A stretch of DNA of 64,000 nt, from assembly GCA_040381035.1 (NCBI GenBank), contig JBEIHY010000006.1:5373-69372 (forward strand), given 5' to 3'. The stretch is from Hyphomonadaceae bacterium (GTDB lineage Bacteria; Pseudomonadota; Alphaproteobacteria; Caulobacterales; Aquidulcibacteraceae). Below are positions 8,313 to 17,829 of the stretch, piece by piece; positions within the stretch are counted from its first letter, which is position 1; every line of letters starts with the position of its first letter. The notes under the pieces are model-generated. The model had not been told where the DNA came from. It worked only from the letters and a program-made list of their open reading frames with translations, and ran no database searches. The position numbers were made by a program, and so were the translations under genes.

Positions 8313-9913
8313 GCGGAAAGATCCGCAAGGATCGCTTCGACGGCCACCATGCGGGCGTCGGCGTCGAGGCCAATGGCGCGCAGCGCCTGGATAATGCTGG
8401 TCAGACTGGCCGGATCGAGTGTCTGTGCGCCCTCGCCCAAAGCAGCCGCGGCGAGCACAACGGTTTCACCAACCGCGCCGTTCTGGCTGGCGGTGACAAG
8501 CTGCGCCAACAGCGCCGGATCGGCGCGCCGGGCGGCGGGATCGGCACGCAGTGTTATCGCTGCGGCAGTGTCGGTCAGCGGGGCGCCGAGCGCCGACAAG
8601 GCTGCAATATCGCGCGCTGCGCGCCGTGCGATTGCAGCGTTGGCCGCACTGTCAACACGCCGGGCGATGGCCAGGGCCGGATCAGCAAGGCCCGCTGCCG
8701 CCAAAGCCGCGCCGAGTGCAGCTTCCGTGCGCGCGCCGGCCGACGCTTCGACCCAGCCGCGGGCGGCGGACGCGTCACCAAGCAGCAGGAGCGCGCGCGC
8801 GATGGCGGGCGCGGCCTCGCTTGGCGCTGCACGCGCGCGCCGCAGATCGTTGCGGTACAGACGCGCCGCCGCCAAATGCCCGCCTGCGCCGCCGGCCGCC
8901 CGCAGGCTGGCCGCAAGCGCGCGGGTGCGATCTTCATCGCCGCCAGCGATTTGCACATTGGCAAACCCCTGCGCCAAAGCCGGCAAGGCCGGGGCCGCGC
9001 GGCCCTTGGCGGGGGGCGGTGCGGCCAGCGCCGGGCCGATGGCGGCGGCGGCGGCGGCGGAATCGATCAAACCGAACCGCAGCGCTTGGCTGGCCGCGCC
9101 GAGGCGCAGTTCTGGGGGGGCGGCGCCATCACGCGTCAAGCGGATCAGCGCCTGGGCCGAAGAGGCGCTCAGCGCATTGGCGCCCGGCGCAAGGCCGGCG
9201 TCGAGCGACACGGAAGCTGTCAGTACATCGCCGAACCGGCCCGCCGGCTTTGGCCCGCCGGCGCCGGAGAGCGTCGACAGCGCCTGCGTCCACCAGCGCT
9301 CCTCAGCGCCCGGCGCCGGCGGATTGGGGCCGCGGGCAAGGTCAAGCGTGAGGCCCGCTGCCGTACCGTCGCCGGCTTTGGCAAAACAAAAGGCGCGCAG
9401 GCGCAACACAAAGGCCGGCAGACCGTCGCCCTGCAGCGCGCGTGCGCGCGCGCAGGCGGCGTTGGTTTGAGCTTGGGCAAGTTCAGCCTGGGCGACGAAC
9501 TGGGCAACCAGCGGATCATTCGCCAACCGGCCGGCGACCATACCGGGCAGAGCTTCCACCAATCCCAGCCGGGCAAGCGCGGCAAACCGTTTCACTTCCG
9601 CGTCACGGGCATTGCCGAAGGGCGTCGCGCCAGGCGACAGCAGCGCGCGTCGCGCCAATCCTTGCGCCGCCAATGAGCCCAGCGGCCGCTCCAATCTGTC
9701 AAAAGCTGCGCCGATCGCGCTGGCGTCTGATCCGATCCACAAGGTTTGCGGCAGCGCCGGTTCGCTGCGGTTCAACCCATTTGCCGCCCAACTGTCGAGC
9801 GTCGGCAAGGTCTCCACAGCAATGATCCCGCCTTGGGCGAGGGCGGGCGCGGCGGCGAGCGCCCACAGGGCCGCGGCGCTGGCGGCCAAGAACACTTTAG
9901 CTTTTGAATGCAT
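8309..9913 (-). CDS. Ala-rich secreted protein of unknown function
   Basis: Signal peptide MHSKAKVFLAASAAALWALAAAPALAQG from the ATG at 9913. The long ORF has GC-rich third positions. Its TGA overlaps the xerD ATG (ATGA at 8309-8312). The longer start at 9976 is less likely. Confidence 0.55.
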   Translation of the reverse strand: MHSKAKVFLAASAAALWALAAAPALAQGGIIAVETLPTLDSWAANGLNRSEPALPQTLWIGSDASAIGAAFDRLERPLGSLAAQGLARRALLSPGATPFGNARDAEVKRFAALARLGLVEALPGMVAGRLANDPLVAQFVAQAELAQAQTNAACARARALQGDGLPAFVLRLRAFCFAKAGDGTAAGLTLDLARGPNPPAPGAEERWWTQALSTLSGAGGPKPAGRFGDVLTASVSLDAGLAPGANALSASSAQALIRLTRDGAAPPELRLGAASQALRFGLIDSAAAAAAIGPALAAPPPAKGRAAPALPALAQGFANVQIAGGDEDRTRALAASLRAAGGAGGHLAAARLYRNDLRRARAAPSEAAPAIARALLLLGDASAARGWVEASAGARTEAALGAALAAAGLADPALAIARRVDSAANAAIARRAARDIAALSALGAPLTDTAAAITLRADPAARRADPALLAQLVTASQNGAVGETVVLAAAALGEGAQTLDPASLTSIIQALRAIGLDADARMVAVEAILADLSA

Positions 9914-10091
9914 CGGGCAATTCGATCTCGATGTCTTGCGCCGGTGGGGCCGCCCCGTCGGCGATCCGGCCGGCAAACAGCTGCATCGCGACCAAGGCGA
10001 TTACAAGGCCCCCGAGCGCGGCAAGCAGGCGCAAACGGCGCTGCTCTGGGGTGAGGCGGCGGGCGGAACGGAACGATCGACGACGGGCCAA
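9897..10091 (-). CDS. small single-pass membrane protein (hypothetical)
   Basis: 64 aa with a TTG start preceded by AGGAG with an 8-nt spacer. It has an Arg-rich N-terminus followed by one hydrophobic helix (LLAALGGLVIALVAMQLFA). It overlaps the start of the downstream Ala-rich gene by 17 nt. Confidence 0.4.
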   Translation of the reverse strand: MARRRSFRSARRLTPEQRRLRLLAALGGLVIALVAMQLFAGRIADGAAPPAQDIEIELPDAFKS

Positions 10092-10206
10092 GGGTCAAGC
10101 TCCTGTCCGGCGTGGCTGTCCCGAATCGGAACGCGTTGCGGACGAACGCTTTTGAACGCAAAATGGGGCCAGATTCCAGACGCGGCCGCATCGGGCGGCG
10201 CGCTTT

Positions 10207-10848
10207 GTGGGTGGGAGCCGCTCTGTGGCTGAGGTCAGCCTTGACGCCAACGCGCCAATCGCCGCCTTTAGCGGTGCGAGCGGCCGCGATGTCGCGGCTC
10301 TGGCGCGCAAGATTGACCGGCCGGTTGTGCTGGTCGGGTTGATGGGCGCGGGCAAGAGCGTGATCGGCCGGCGCCTGGCGGCGGCCCTGTCTTTGCCGTT
10401 TGCAGACGCTGATGTGGAGATTGAGCGCGCCGCCGGCGAAAGCGTGCAGGACATCTTTGCCCGCCATGGCGAGCCGGAGTTTCGCCGCGGCGAGCGCCAG
10501 GTCATCGCCCGCTTGATGCGCAGCGGTCCCTTGGTGTTGGCCACCGGCGGCGGCGCTTACATCGATCCAGAGACGCGCGCTTCGATTGCACGCGAAGGTT
10601 TTTCGATCTGGTTGCGCGCTGATCTTGATGTGCTGATGCGCCGGGTTGAAAAACGCGACAATCGCCCGCTTCTGAAAGCCGCCGATCCGCGTGCGGTGAT
10701 GGCGGGGCTGATGGAAACGCGCTATCCGATTTATGCGCAGGCCGATGCAGTTGTGGCGTCGGGGCCAGGGCCGCATCTGGCGGTGCTGGAAGCATGTTTG
10801 GCGGCCGTTGCGCTGCGTTTCGCGCCGGAGAGTGCAGGACCGCCATGA
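10207..10848 (+). CDS. aroK: shikimate kinase
   Basis: Walker A in the shikimate kinase context ([19 protein letters not shown]), plus DAD...IE and ATGGGA motifs. It is followed by aroB with an ATGA overlap. The start may be internal to the ORF. Confidence 0.9.
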   Translation: MGGSRSVAEVSLDANAPIAAFSGASGRDVAALARKIDRPVVLVGLMGAGKSVIGRRLAAALSLPFADADVEIERAAGESVQDIFARHGEPEFRRGERQVIARLMRSGPLVLATGGGAYIDPETRASIAREGFSIWLRADLDVLMRRVEKRDNRPLLKAADPRAVMAGLMETRYPIYAQADAVVASGPGPHLAVLEACLAAVALRFAPESAGPP

Positions 10849-11960
10849 ACGCGCAAGAACCGCTGAGCGTCACCGTCGATCTCGGCGCGCGCAGCTATAA
10901 TGTTGTGATTGGGGCAGGCGTGTTGGCGCAGGCCGGCGCATGGATTGCGGCGGTGAAGCCGCGGGCAAGGCTTGGCGTCGTCAGCGACGAAACCGTTTGG
11001 GCGCTGCATGGGCCGGCATTGGCGGCTTCTCTGAACGCAGCTGGCTTGCCGTTTGAGGTTGTCACCGTTGCGCCCGGAGAAGCGGCCAAGAGCTGGGACG
11101 GTTTGCGCCATGTTTGCGAGGCGTTGCTCGGCTTTGGGCTGGAACGCGGCGATTTGGTCGTGGCGTTTGGCGGCGGCGTGATCGGCGATCTGGCGGGGTT
11201 TGCCGCCGGCGTGCTTAAGCGCGGCGCCGATTATGTCCAGATCCCAACCACGCTTCTGGCGCAGGTTGACAGTTCCGTCGGCGGCAAGACGGCGATCGAT
11301 GCGGCTGGGGGGAAGAACATGATCGGCCTGTTTCATCAGCCGGTTCTGGTGCTTGCCGATGTCGCCTTGCTGGCCACATTGCCGGAGCGCGAGCGCCGCG
11401 CCGGCTTTGCCGAAGTGATCAAATATGGCTTGATCGATGATCGGGAGTTCTTTGATTGGTGCGCCGCCCATGGCGCAGCGGTGATCGCCGGTGATGTCGA
11501 AATGTGCGCGCAGGCTGTCGCCCATTCGGTGCGGGCCAAGGCCCGGATCGTCGCCGCCGATGAGCGGGAAGCCGGCGTACGCGCTCTGCTCAATCTTGGC
11601 CACACCTTTGCCCATGCCTATGAGAGCGAAGCCGGCTTTGACGGGGCGCTGTTGCATGGCGAAGCGGTGGCCTGCGGTATGGGCCAGGCGCTGGCGTTTT
11701 CAGCGCAGCTGGGCCTATGCGGAGCATCCGATGCGCAGGCCGCCCAAGGCGCACTCGCCGCGCTTGGGTTTGAGATCCGTCCGCGCGCGCTGCCCGGCGC
11801 GCCCTATGACGCCGATCGGCTGCTTGCCCATATGCGCGCCGACAAGAAAGCCGAACACGGACGATTGACGCTGATCCTGGCGCGCGCCGTCGGCGCGACG
11901 TTTGTGGCCAAAGGCGTTGATGATGGCGCACTGCGCGCATTCCTCGCAGAAGAGACCTGA
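10845..11960 (+). CDS. aroB: 3-dehydroquinate synthase
   Basis: From the ATG at 10845 ([23 protein letters not shown]). Motifs [35 protein letters not shown] and [10 protein letters not shown] are present. Confidence 0.93.
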   Translation: MNAQEPLSVTVDLGARSYNVVIGAGVLAQAGAWIAAVKPRARLGVVSDETVWALHGPALAASLNAAGLPFEVVTVAPGEAAKSWDGLRHVCEALLGFGLERGDLVVAFGGGVIGDLAGFAAGVLKRGADYVQIPTTLLAQVDSSVGGKTAIDAAGGKNMIGLFHQPVLVLADVALLATLPERERRAGFAEVIKYGLIDDREFFDWCAAHGAAVIAGDVEMCAQAVAHSVRAKARIVAADEREAGVRALLNLGHTFAHAYESEAGFDGALLHGEAVACGMGQALAFSAQLGLCGASDAQAAQGALAALGFEIRPRALPGAPYDADRLLAHMRADKKAEHGRLTLILARAVGATFVAKGVDDGALRAFLAEET

Positions 11961-11966
11961 CCTGTC

Positions 11967-13265
11967 ATGCCGCTTGAAACCATTCTGACCGCTGTGGGCA
12001 TCGCTGCATTATGTGCGGCGGTCTTGGCTGTCATTTCCGGCTTCTTTTCGGCCGCCGAGACCGGCATTACGGCGGCCTCGCGCGCGCGCCTGCATCAATT
12101 GGAAAAGGATGGTGACGCTGGGGCCAAGCGGGTGAACAAATTGCTGGAGCGGCGCGAGCGCACGATTGGCGCGCTGCTGCTTGGCAACAATTTGCTTAAT
12201 ACCATGGCCGCGGCGGTGACGACCTCGCTGCTCACCGCGCCGCTTGGCGATATCGGCGTTGCGGTGGCGACCGGCGTGACCACAATCATCGTGTTGATCT
12301 TTGCTGAAGTGCTGCCGAAAACTTATGCCATTGCCTACCCTGAAAAGACGGCCTTGGCGGTGGCGCCGCTCGCTAAGTTTTTCATCACCATCCTGTCGCC
12401 GATCGTGATCGCGGTGCAGTGGATTGTCACCCGCACTTTGAAGTTGTTCGGCGTTACCCCGGAAGCCGCGCCGGACGCTTACGCTGCCCAAGAAGAAATC
12501 CGCGGCGCTGTGGAAATGCATGCTGAAGAAGGCGCAGTGGAAACCGACGTGCGCGATCGATTGCGTGGCGCACTGGAGTTGGGCGATCTGACAGTTGCCG
12601 ACGTGATGGTGCACCGCAAGGCGATCCGGATGCTCGATGTCGATCTGCCGGCGCGTGAAATCCTGGCGCAGGCCATGGCCTCAAGCCACACGCGCCTGCC
12701 GCTGTTCAAGGACGAGCCGGAAAACATCGTCGGCGTGCTGCATGCGCGCGATCTGCTGCGCGCGGTCAGCGAGAAGGGCCGCGACGGCATTGAGCCGATG
12801 GCGGTGGCGCGCCCGGCCTGGTTTGTGCCCGAGACCACCGCGGCCGAAGATCAACTCGCGGAGTTTCTGCGCCGGCGCGAGCATTTCGCGCTGGTGGTCG
12901 ATGAATATGGTGCGCTGAAGGGCCTCGTGACGCTGGAAGACATTCTGGAAGAGATCGTCGGCGACATCAAAGACGAGCACGACATCGCCGTCACCGGCGT
13001 GCGCCAGCAGCCCGACGGCAGTGTCAATGTCGATGGCTGGGTGCCGATCCGCGATTTGAACCGCGCGATGAACTGGAGCCTAAAGGACGACCACGCCGTC
13101 ACCGTGGCGGGGCTTGTCATCCACGAAGCCGAAGCTATCCCCGATCCCGGCCAGGTATTCGTTTTCCACGGCTACCGCTTCGCCATCCTGCGCCGCACCA
13201 GAAACCAAATCACGGCCCTGCGCGTTGAGAAGGAGCCCGAGAATGTCGCGGCTGATGGCGGGTGA
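11967..13265 (+). CDS. CNNM/TlyC-family membrane protein (DUF21 + CBS pair + CorC_HlyC)
   Basis: 432 aa with an N-terminal 4-TM DUF21 region (FSAAETGITAAS, LLLGNNLLN). A CBS pair follows (VADVMVHRK..., LPLFKDEPENIVGVLHARDLL, ALVVDEYGALKGLVTLEDILEEIVGDI), then a C-terminal transporter-associated domain. Confidence 0.9.
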   Translation: MPLETILTAVGIAALCAAVLAVISGFFSAAETGITAASRARLHQLEKDGDAGAKRVNKLLERRERTIGALLLGNNLLNTMAAAVTTSLLTAPLGDIGVAVATGVTTIIVLIFAEVLPKTYAIAYPEKTALAVAPLAKFFITILSPIVIAVQWIVTRTLKLFGVTPEAAPDAYAAQEEIRGAVEMHAEEGAVETDVRDRLRGALELGDLTVADVMVHRKAIRMLDVDLPAREILAQAMASSHTRLPLFKDEPENIVGVLHARDLLRAVSEKGRDGIEPMAVARPAWFVPETTAAEDQLAEFLRRREHFALVVDEYGALKGLVTLEDILEEIVGDIKDEHDIAVTGVRQQPDGSVNVDGWVPIRDLNRAMNWSLKDDHAVTVAGLVIHEAEAIPDPGQVFVFHGYRFAILRRTRNQITALRVEKEPENVAADGG

Positions 13266-13274
13266 AGGCTTCAG

Positions 13275-14021
13275 ATGACAGAGCTTGCATTGGCTATTTC
13301 CGGCCTGACCAAAAGGTTCAGCGCCAAATCGGCCGTCGATGGGCTCGATCTGGGCGTCCAAGCGGGAGAGCTCTATGCCTTGCTTGGTCCCAATGGCGCT
13401 GGCAAGACCACGACATTGCGGATTGTTGCGGGGCTTTTGGCGCCTGACAGCGGCGATGTGCGGGTTTTTGGAATTGATGCGCGCGCCGAATGCCGGGCCG
13501 CCAAACAACTGATCGCTTGGCTTCCTGATGAGCCATTGTTGTATGATAAGCTGACGCCGCTTGAATATCTTGAATTCATCTGTGCGCTGTGGGGCGTGGA
13601 TCCCCAGCTTGGGCGTGTGCGGGCTGAAGATTTGCTCAAGCGCCTGGAATTGTGGGAGCAGCGGGATCAGCGTTGTGAGGGGTTTTCTCGCGGAATGAGG
13701 CAAAAGGCAGCCCTTGCTGGCGCCCTTATTCATGAGCCCAAATTGCTAATCCTGGACGAGCCGCTGACCGGCCTTGATGCGGCGATCGCCCGGCAGGTGA
13801 AAGACATTCTGACGGAGCGGCGCGCGGCCGGCGCAACAATCATTTTGACCACGCATATCTTGGAAGTCGCCGAGCGCATGGCCTCGCGGATCGGGGTGAT
13901 TCAGGGCGGTCGGTTGCGTGCTGAAGGCACCTTGGAAGACCTGCGCGCGCGCGCCGGCCTTGCCCAATCGAGCTTGGAGGATCTGTTTCTTGATCTTGTC
14001 GGTCAAGGCCTCACGCCATGA
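13275..14021 (+). CDS. ABC transporter ATP-binding protein
   Basis: Walker A GPNGAGKTT, Q-loop, signature FSRGMRQK, Walker B LLILDEPLTGLD, and an H-loop (TTH). Confidence 0.92.
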   Translation: MTELALAISGLTKRFSAKSAVDGLDLGVQAGELYALLGPNGAGKTTTLRIVAGLLAPDSGDVRVFGIDARAECRAAKQLIAWLPDEPLLYDKLTPLEYLEFICALWGVDPQLGRVRAEDLLKRLELWEQRDQRCEGFSRGMRQKAALAGALIHEPKLLILDEPLTGLDAAIARQVKDILTERRAAGATIILTTHILEVAERMASRIGVIQGGRLRAEGTLEDLRARAGLAQSSLEDLFLDLVGQGLTP

Positions 14022-15661
14022 CCGGGGTGACGACCCGTGTTGGACTGTGGCGATTGATTGGCCATGAGGTGCGCCTGTTCTGGCGGGCAGCGTTTATGAC
14101 GAAACTGACGCGTGTGTGGATCGCCCCGCTGGTTCTGTTCATCGTGGCTGTGTTTGCTGCATTTGGTTGGGTTGCGGCGCAGATCGTCGTGTTTGTAAAC
14201 GTTCCTCTCACCAAAGCAGAGCTGATCGTGTCGTCTGGGGTTGGCCTTGTTGTCTTCACCTTAATGCTGGCGCAGGCTGTCAATTCGGTGATGAGCGCGT
14301 TCTACGCGCGCGGCGATCTTGACTTGTTATTGTCCTCGCCTGTCGATCCGCTGACGGTTGTCACAGCGCGCTTGGTTGGAGTGTTCTTTCGGCTGATCCC
14401 CTTCTATGGCGGGCTCGCGCTGTCGACAGCGATCTGGGGTGCGATTGCAAGTGATTGGCGCTGGTGGAGTTGGGTTGGCGCCATTGCGGGCATGGCGGGG
14501 TTGGCGGTCAGCGGCGCCGTGTTTGCGACGCTGGCCATGATGCGCAGCCTCGGCCCGCGCAACGCCCGAACCCTGATCCAGGTGCTCTCGGCGCTGCTTG
14601 GCGCGGCCGTGTTTCTGGCGTTCCAATGGCATAACTTCTCCAGCAGCGGCGCCCCGTTTCGGGATTTCGGCGCACTGGCCAAGCAGATCGAGGCGCTGCC
14701 CATCCCACCTGCTCATTGGGTCCTGGCCCCAGCGCGCGCCTTGCTTGGCGATCCGCTCGCGGCGGCCATCCTGCTTGCGCTCGGCGCACTCTCCTTCATC
14801 GCGACATGCGCGTCGATGGGGCGTCGATTTGCGCAGGACGCCGCAGCGATTGCGGCCATGGGGGAGGGAAAAACAGCTGCGCCCCGCGCGGCGAACCGCC
14901 CGTTTCGCGCTGGCCGGACCGTCAATATGATCTTCAAGGAATGGCGCTTGATCCGGCGCGACCCGATGCTTTTGGCCCAAATTCTGCTGCAATTGATCTA
15001 TCTGGCGCCGCTGATCTTCGTCGTCGGTCGCAGCGCGCTCCAGGGCCAAGTTGAGACGCCGTTCCTGGTCGCTGCGGCGGCCGGCGTGTTTGCCGTAATC
15101 GCGGCGGCCTTGGCAGGCGCCTTGACCTGGGTGACAGTGTCAACCGAACAAGCGGCGGATTTGCTCACCGCTGCCCCGATTGACGCCAAAACGGCCCAGC
15201 ACGCCAAGATCATCGCGGCTGTCGCGCCGGTGGTCTGCGCGATGGCGATCCCGTTCAGCCTTCTTGCGACGTTCAAGCCTGTCGACAGTTTGCTTGCCTA
15301 TCTGTGTTGCGTCGCGGCAAGTGTGTCAGCCAGCCTGATTGGGGTACGGTTCAACAAGCCTGGCGACCGCTCGAAATTCAATCGCGGCGATCAGCACAGG
15401 GCCACTTGGGTCGGGGTTATAGCGCACGGCTTTGTTGGCGGCGCTTTCACGACGGCGGCGAGCCTAGCCGGTGCGGGCCTCTGGCCGATTGCGCTGATCC
15501 CCGCGCTGATCGGGGCCGGGCTCTTGGCGGCGCTCACCGAGGAGCCGAGTGTCGCCGCGCCAGAAAACATGTCAGCCAAGAAAGCGTGGTGGCTTCGTCC
15601 TTTTGCGCCAAGGGCAAAGCGGCAAGAGCGGCTTGGCGCGCTGGGCGGGGATGGGGCCTAG
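14018..15661 (+). CDS. large polytopic membrane protein, putative ABC exporter permease
   Basis: 547 aa with more than 10 hydrophobic segments. Its ATG overlaps the ATPase stop (ATGA at 14018-14021). The architecture resembles the 'putative ABC exporter' family. No other motif was recognised. Confidence 0.7.
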   Translation: MTGVTTRVGLWRLIGHEVRLFWRAAFMTKLTRVWIAPLVLFIVAVFAAFGWVAAQIVVFVNVPLTKAELIVSSGVGLVVFTLMLAQAVNSVMSAFYARGDLDLLLSSPVDPLTVVTARLVGVFFRLIPFYGGLALSTAIWGAIASDWRWWSWVGAIAGMAGLAVSGAVFATLAMMRSLGPRNARTLIQVLSALLGAAVFLAFQWHNFSSSGAPFRDFGALAKQIEALPIPPAHWVLAPARALLGDPLAAAILLALGALSFIATCASMGRRFAQDAAAIAAMGEGKTAAPRAANRPFRAGRTVNMIFKEWRLIRRDPMLLAQILLQLIYLAPLIFVVGRSALQGQVETPFLVAAAAGVFAVIAAALAGALTWVTVSTEQAADLLTAAPIDAKTAQHAKIIAAVAPVVCAMAIPFSLLATFKPVDSLLAYLCCVAASVSASLIGVRFNKPGDRSKFNRGDQHRATWVGVIAHGFVGGAFTTAASLAGAGLWPIALIPALIGAGLLAALTEEPSVAAPENMSAKKAWWLRPFAPRAKRQERLGALGGDGA

Positions 15662-15663
15662 GC

Positions 15664-16386
15664 CTAATCCACCGCCAGCCGATAGCCCACCCCGCGCACG
15701 GTTTGCAGCCACACCGGCGCGCGGGGATCGTCTTCGATTTTGCGGCGCAGGCGCGTGACCTGCACGTCGATGGAGCGTTCCATGGCGGTGGCGGTTTTGC
15801 GGGCGAGGTCTTCGCGTGAGATCGGGTCGCCGTAGCGTTGGGCGAGCAGGCGCAGCAGCGTGGCTTCGGCTTCGGTGAGGCGAATGGTTTGATTGTCGCG
15901 GCGCAATTCGCCGCGCGGGATATGAAACACGAAGGGGCCAAAGCGCGCCTCAGTCAGCGCTTCGGCGCGCCGGATGGAGGCGCGGCGCAGAATGGCGTTG
16001 ATCCGCAGCGCCAGTTCTTCGGGCTCAAACGGTTTGGGCATATAATCGTCGGCGCCGATCGATAGACCCTTGATGCGGTCTTCCGGCAGGCCGCGGGCGG
16101 TGAGCATGATGATCGGCACATCGGAGCTTTTACGCACGCTTTCCGCTAGGCTGAAGCCGTCCTCCTTCGGCATGGTCACATCGATGACCAGGAGGTCGAA
16201 TTCAAAGGCGGTAAGCAACTTGCGCGCGGCGGCGGCGTCAGCGGCGGCGCTGGCGCGCGCGCCGCAGGCCTGCAGATAGCGCTTGAGCAGATCGCGAATG
16301 CGGTCGTCATCGTCAACGACCAGGATATGTGCCGGGCGGTCGAGGGCGTCGATCATCGCCCCGGTGGTCGGCAAAGAAGCGGTCAT
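15664..16386 (-). CDS. OmpR-family response regulator (PetR/CenR-like)
   Basis: Receiver domain (ILVVDDDDRIRDLL, DLLVIDVTMPKEDG, IIMLTARG, ADDYMPKPF) plus a winged-helix output (VQVTRLRRKIEDDP, TVRGVGYRL). It has a 4-nt overlap with the upstream MarR gene. Confidence 0.9.
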   Translation of the reverse strand: MTASLPTTGAMIDALDRPAHILVVDDDDRIRDLLKRYLQACGARASAAADAAAARKLLTAFEFDLLVIDVTMPKEDGFSLAESVRKSSDVPIIMLTARGLPEDRIKGLSIGADDYMPKPFEPEELALRINAILRRASIRRAEALTEARFGPFVFHIPRGELRRDNQTIRLTEAEATLLRLLAQRYGDPISREDLARKTATAMERSIDVQVTRLRRKIEDDPRAPVWLQTVRGVGYRLAVD

Positions 16387-16868
16387 GGCTTGGCTCCTTC
16401 GGCGTCGAGCGCGATCAAACCGGCCCAGACGCTGCGTGCGCCGGCCACCGCTTCGGCGCCAGCCGCGCGAAACACTTCGCTCAAACGTTCGCGCAGGGCG
16501 GCGCTGACCTGGGCTTCGGCGGCGTGGCCGGTGTCGGTGAGGGTCAGGCGGCGCGCACGGCGGTCGCTGGCGGCGGGTTCGCGGGCGATCAGTTCGGCGG
16601 CCTCAAGCTCGCTCAGCACCCGCGCCAGGCTTTGCTTGCGCACGCCGAGCGCCTCTTGCAGCTGACCAACGCGCAGGCCGGGCGCGCGGCGAATGGCGCT
16701 CATCGCGCGATAATGGGCGCCACCCAGGCCAAGCGCGCGCAATGGCGCCTCGGCGGAGCGCCAGAAGGCGCGGGCGGCGGCGAACAGGTCGGCGCTGGCG
16801 CGGTCAAGCTCTGCGGCGCGCAGATAAAGGCGGCCTTCGGCGTCGGCGCGGGACTGGGACTGCGGCAA
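16383..16868 (-). CDS. MarR-family transcriptional regulator
   Basis: Winged helix (YRAMSAIRRAPGLRVGQLQEALGVRKQSLARVLSELEAAELIAREPAASDRRARRLTLT). The maximal ORF reaches 16955, but that ATG shares CATG with the ilvE start and adds a Pro/Arg-rich 30-40 aa. A TTG at 16868 preceded by GAGAGGG is a more plausible start, though this is not certain. Confidence 0.75.
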   Translation of the reverse strand: MPQSQSRADAEGRLYLRAAELDRASADLFAAARAFWRSAEAPLRALGLGGAHYRAMSAIRRAPGLRVGQLQEALGVRKQSLARVLSELEAAELIAREPAASDRRARRLTLTDTGHAAEAQVSAALRERLSEVFRAAGAEAVAGARSVWAGLIALDAEGAKP

Positions 16869-16953
16869 ACGTAAGCGCCCTCTCGGTTGACACGGCGTGC
16901 GCGGGGGAAGAATGGTGCGAGGAGTGGGCGAACTCAAGCGCAAAGGAAGCGGC

Positions 16954-17829
16954 ATGGCTGAAGCGCCGTATCATGATCGCGATGGCTGGATCTGGCTGAA
17001 CGGGGCTTTCGTGCCTTGGCGGGAGGCCAATGTTCATATTCTAACTCATGCCTTGCATTACGCCTCCGCCGTCTTTGAGGGTGAGCGGGCCTATGATGGG
17101 GAGATATTTGAGAGCCGGCGCCATTCCCAGCGGCTGCACAAATCTGCAAAACTGCTGGGTTTTGAACTGCCTTATACCGTTGATGAACTGGACAAGGCCA
17201 AACAAGAAACGGTGGCCAGATCCGGCTTGGGCGACGCCTATGTCCGCGCGGTTGCGTGGCGCGGGTCAGAAAAGATGGGTGTTTCGGCGCAAGGCAACCG
17301 CATCAATGTTGCGGTCGCGGCGTGGCATTGGGGCGATTATTTCCCGGATCGGATGAAAGGCATCCGTCTGATGATGGCGCCCTGGGCGCGCCCGGCGCCC
17401 CATACCGCTCCGTGCGAGGCCAAGGCGGCTGGGCTTTATATGATTTGCACCCTGTCCAAACACGCGGCGGAAAATGCCGGCTTCCAGGACGCTTTGATGC
17501 TCGATTGGCGCGGGCAGGTCGCTGAAGCGACCGGCGCCAACATCTTCTTTGTACGCGACGGCGCGATCCATACCCCGACAGCCGACGTGTTCTTGAACGG
17601 CATCACGCGTCAAACGGTCATGGGTTTGGCGCGCGAAAGCGGCTATGAAGTGGTTGAACGGACGATTTGGCCCGGCGAACTCGCCAGCTTTTCGGAAGTT
17701 TGGCTGACTGGCTCGGCGGCCGAGATCAGCCCGGTGCGCGAAATCGCCGGGATCAGTTACAAGCCTGGCGAAATCAGCGAAACCTTGATCCACGAATACT
17801 CCCGTCTGGTGCGGCGCAAAAACCGATGA
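16954..17829 (+). CDS. ilvE: branched-chain amino acid aminotransferase (class IV)
   Basis: From the ATG at 16954 (MAEAPYHDRDGWIWLNGAFVPWREANVHILTHALHYASAVFEGERAY). It also has KAAGLYM, TGANIFFV, NGITRQ and EVWLTGSAAEISPV. Confidence 0.93.
   Translation: MAEAPYHDRDGWIWLNGAFVPWREANVHILTHALHYASAVFEGERAYDGEIFESRRHSQRLHKSAKLLGFELPYTVDELDKAKQETVARSGLGDAYVRAVAWRGSEKMGVSAQGNRINVAVAAWHWGDYFPDRMKGIRLMMAPWARPAPHTAPCEAKAAGLYMICTLSKHAAENAGFQDALMLDWRGQVAEATGANIFFVRDGAIHTPTADVFLNGITRQTVMGLARESGYEVVERTIWPGELASFSEVWLTGSAAEISPVREIAGISYKPGEISETLIHEYSRLVRRKNR

Noticed and set aside
9041-9060. (GGC)6 trinucleotide run
   Set aside because: It is an in-frame Ala6 in an Ala-rich protein and has no frame-switching potential. 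Such runs are common in GC-rich coding DNA.
8196-9676. Two long plus-strand ORFs (424 and 464 aa) opposite the Ala-rich gene
   Set aside because: They overlap each other in different frames, and their composition is Arg/Ala/Gly noise. The minus-strand frame has a signal peptide and is coupled to xerD. I accept that the strand choice here rests on weaker evidence than elsewhere.
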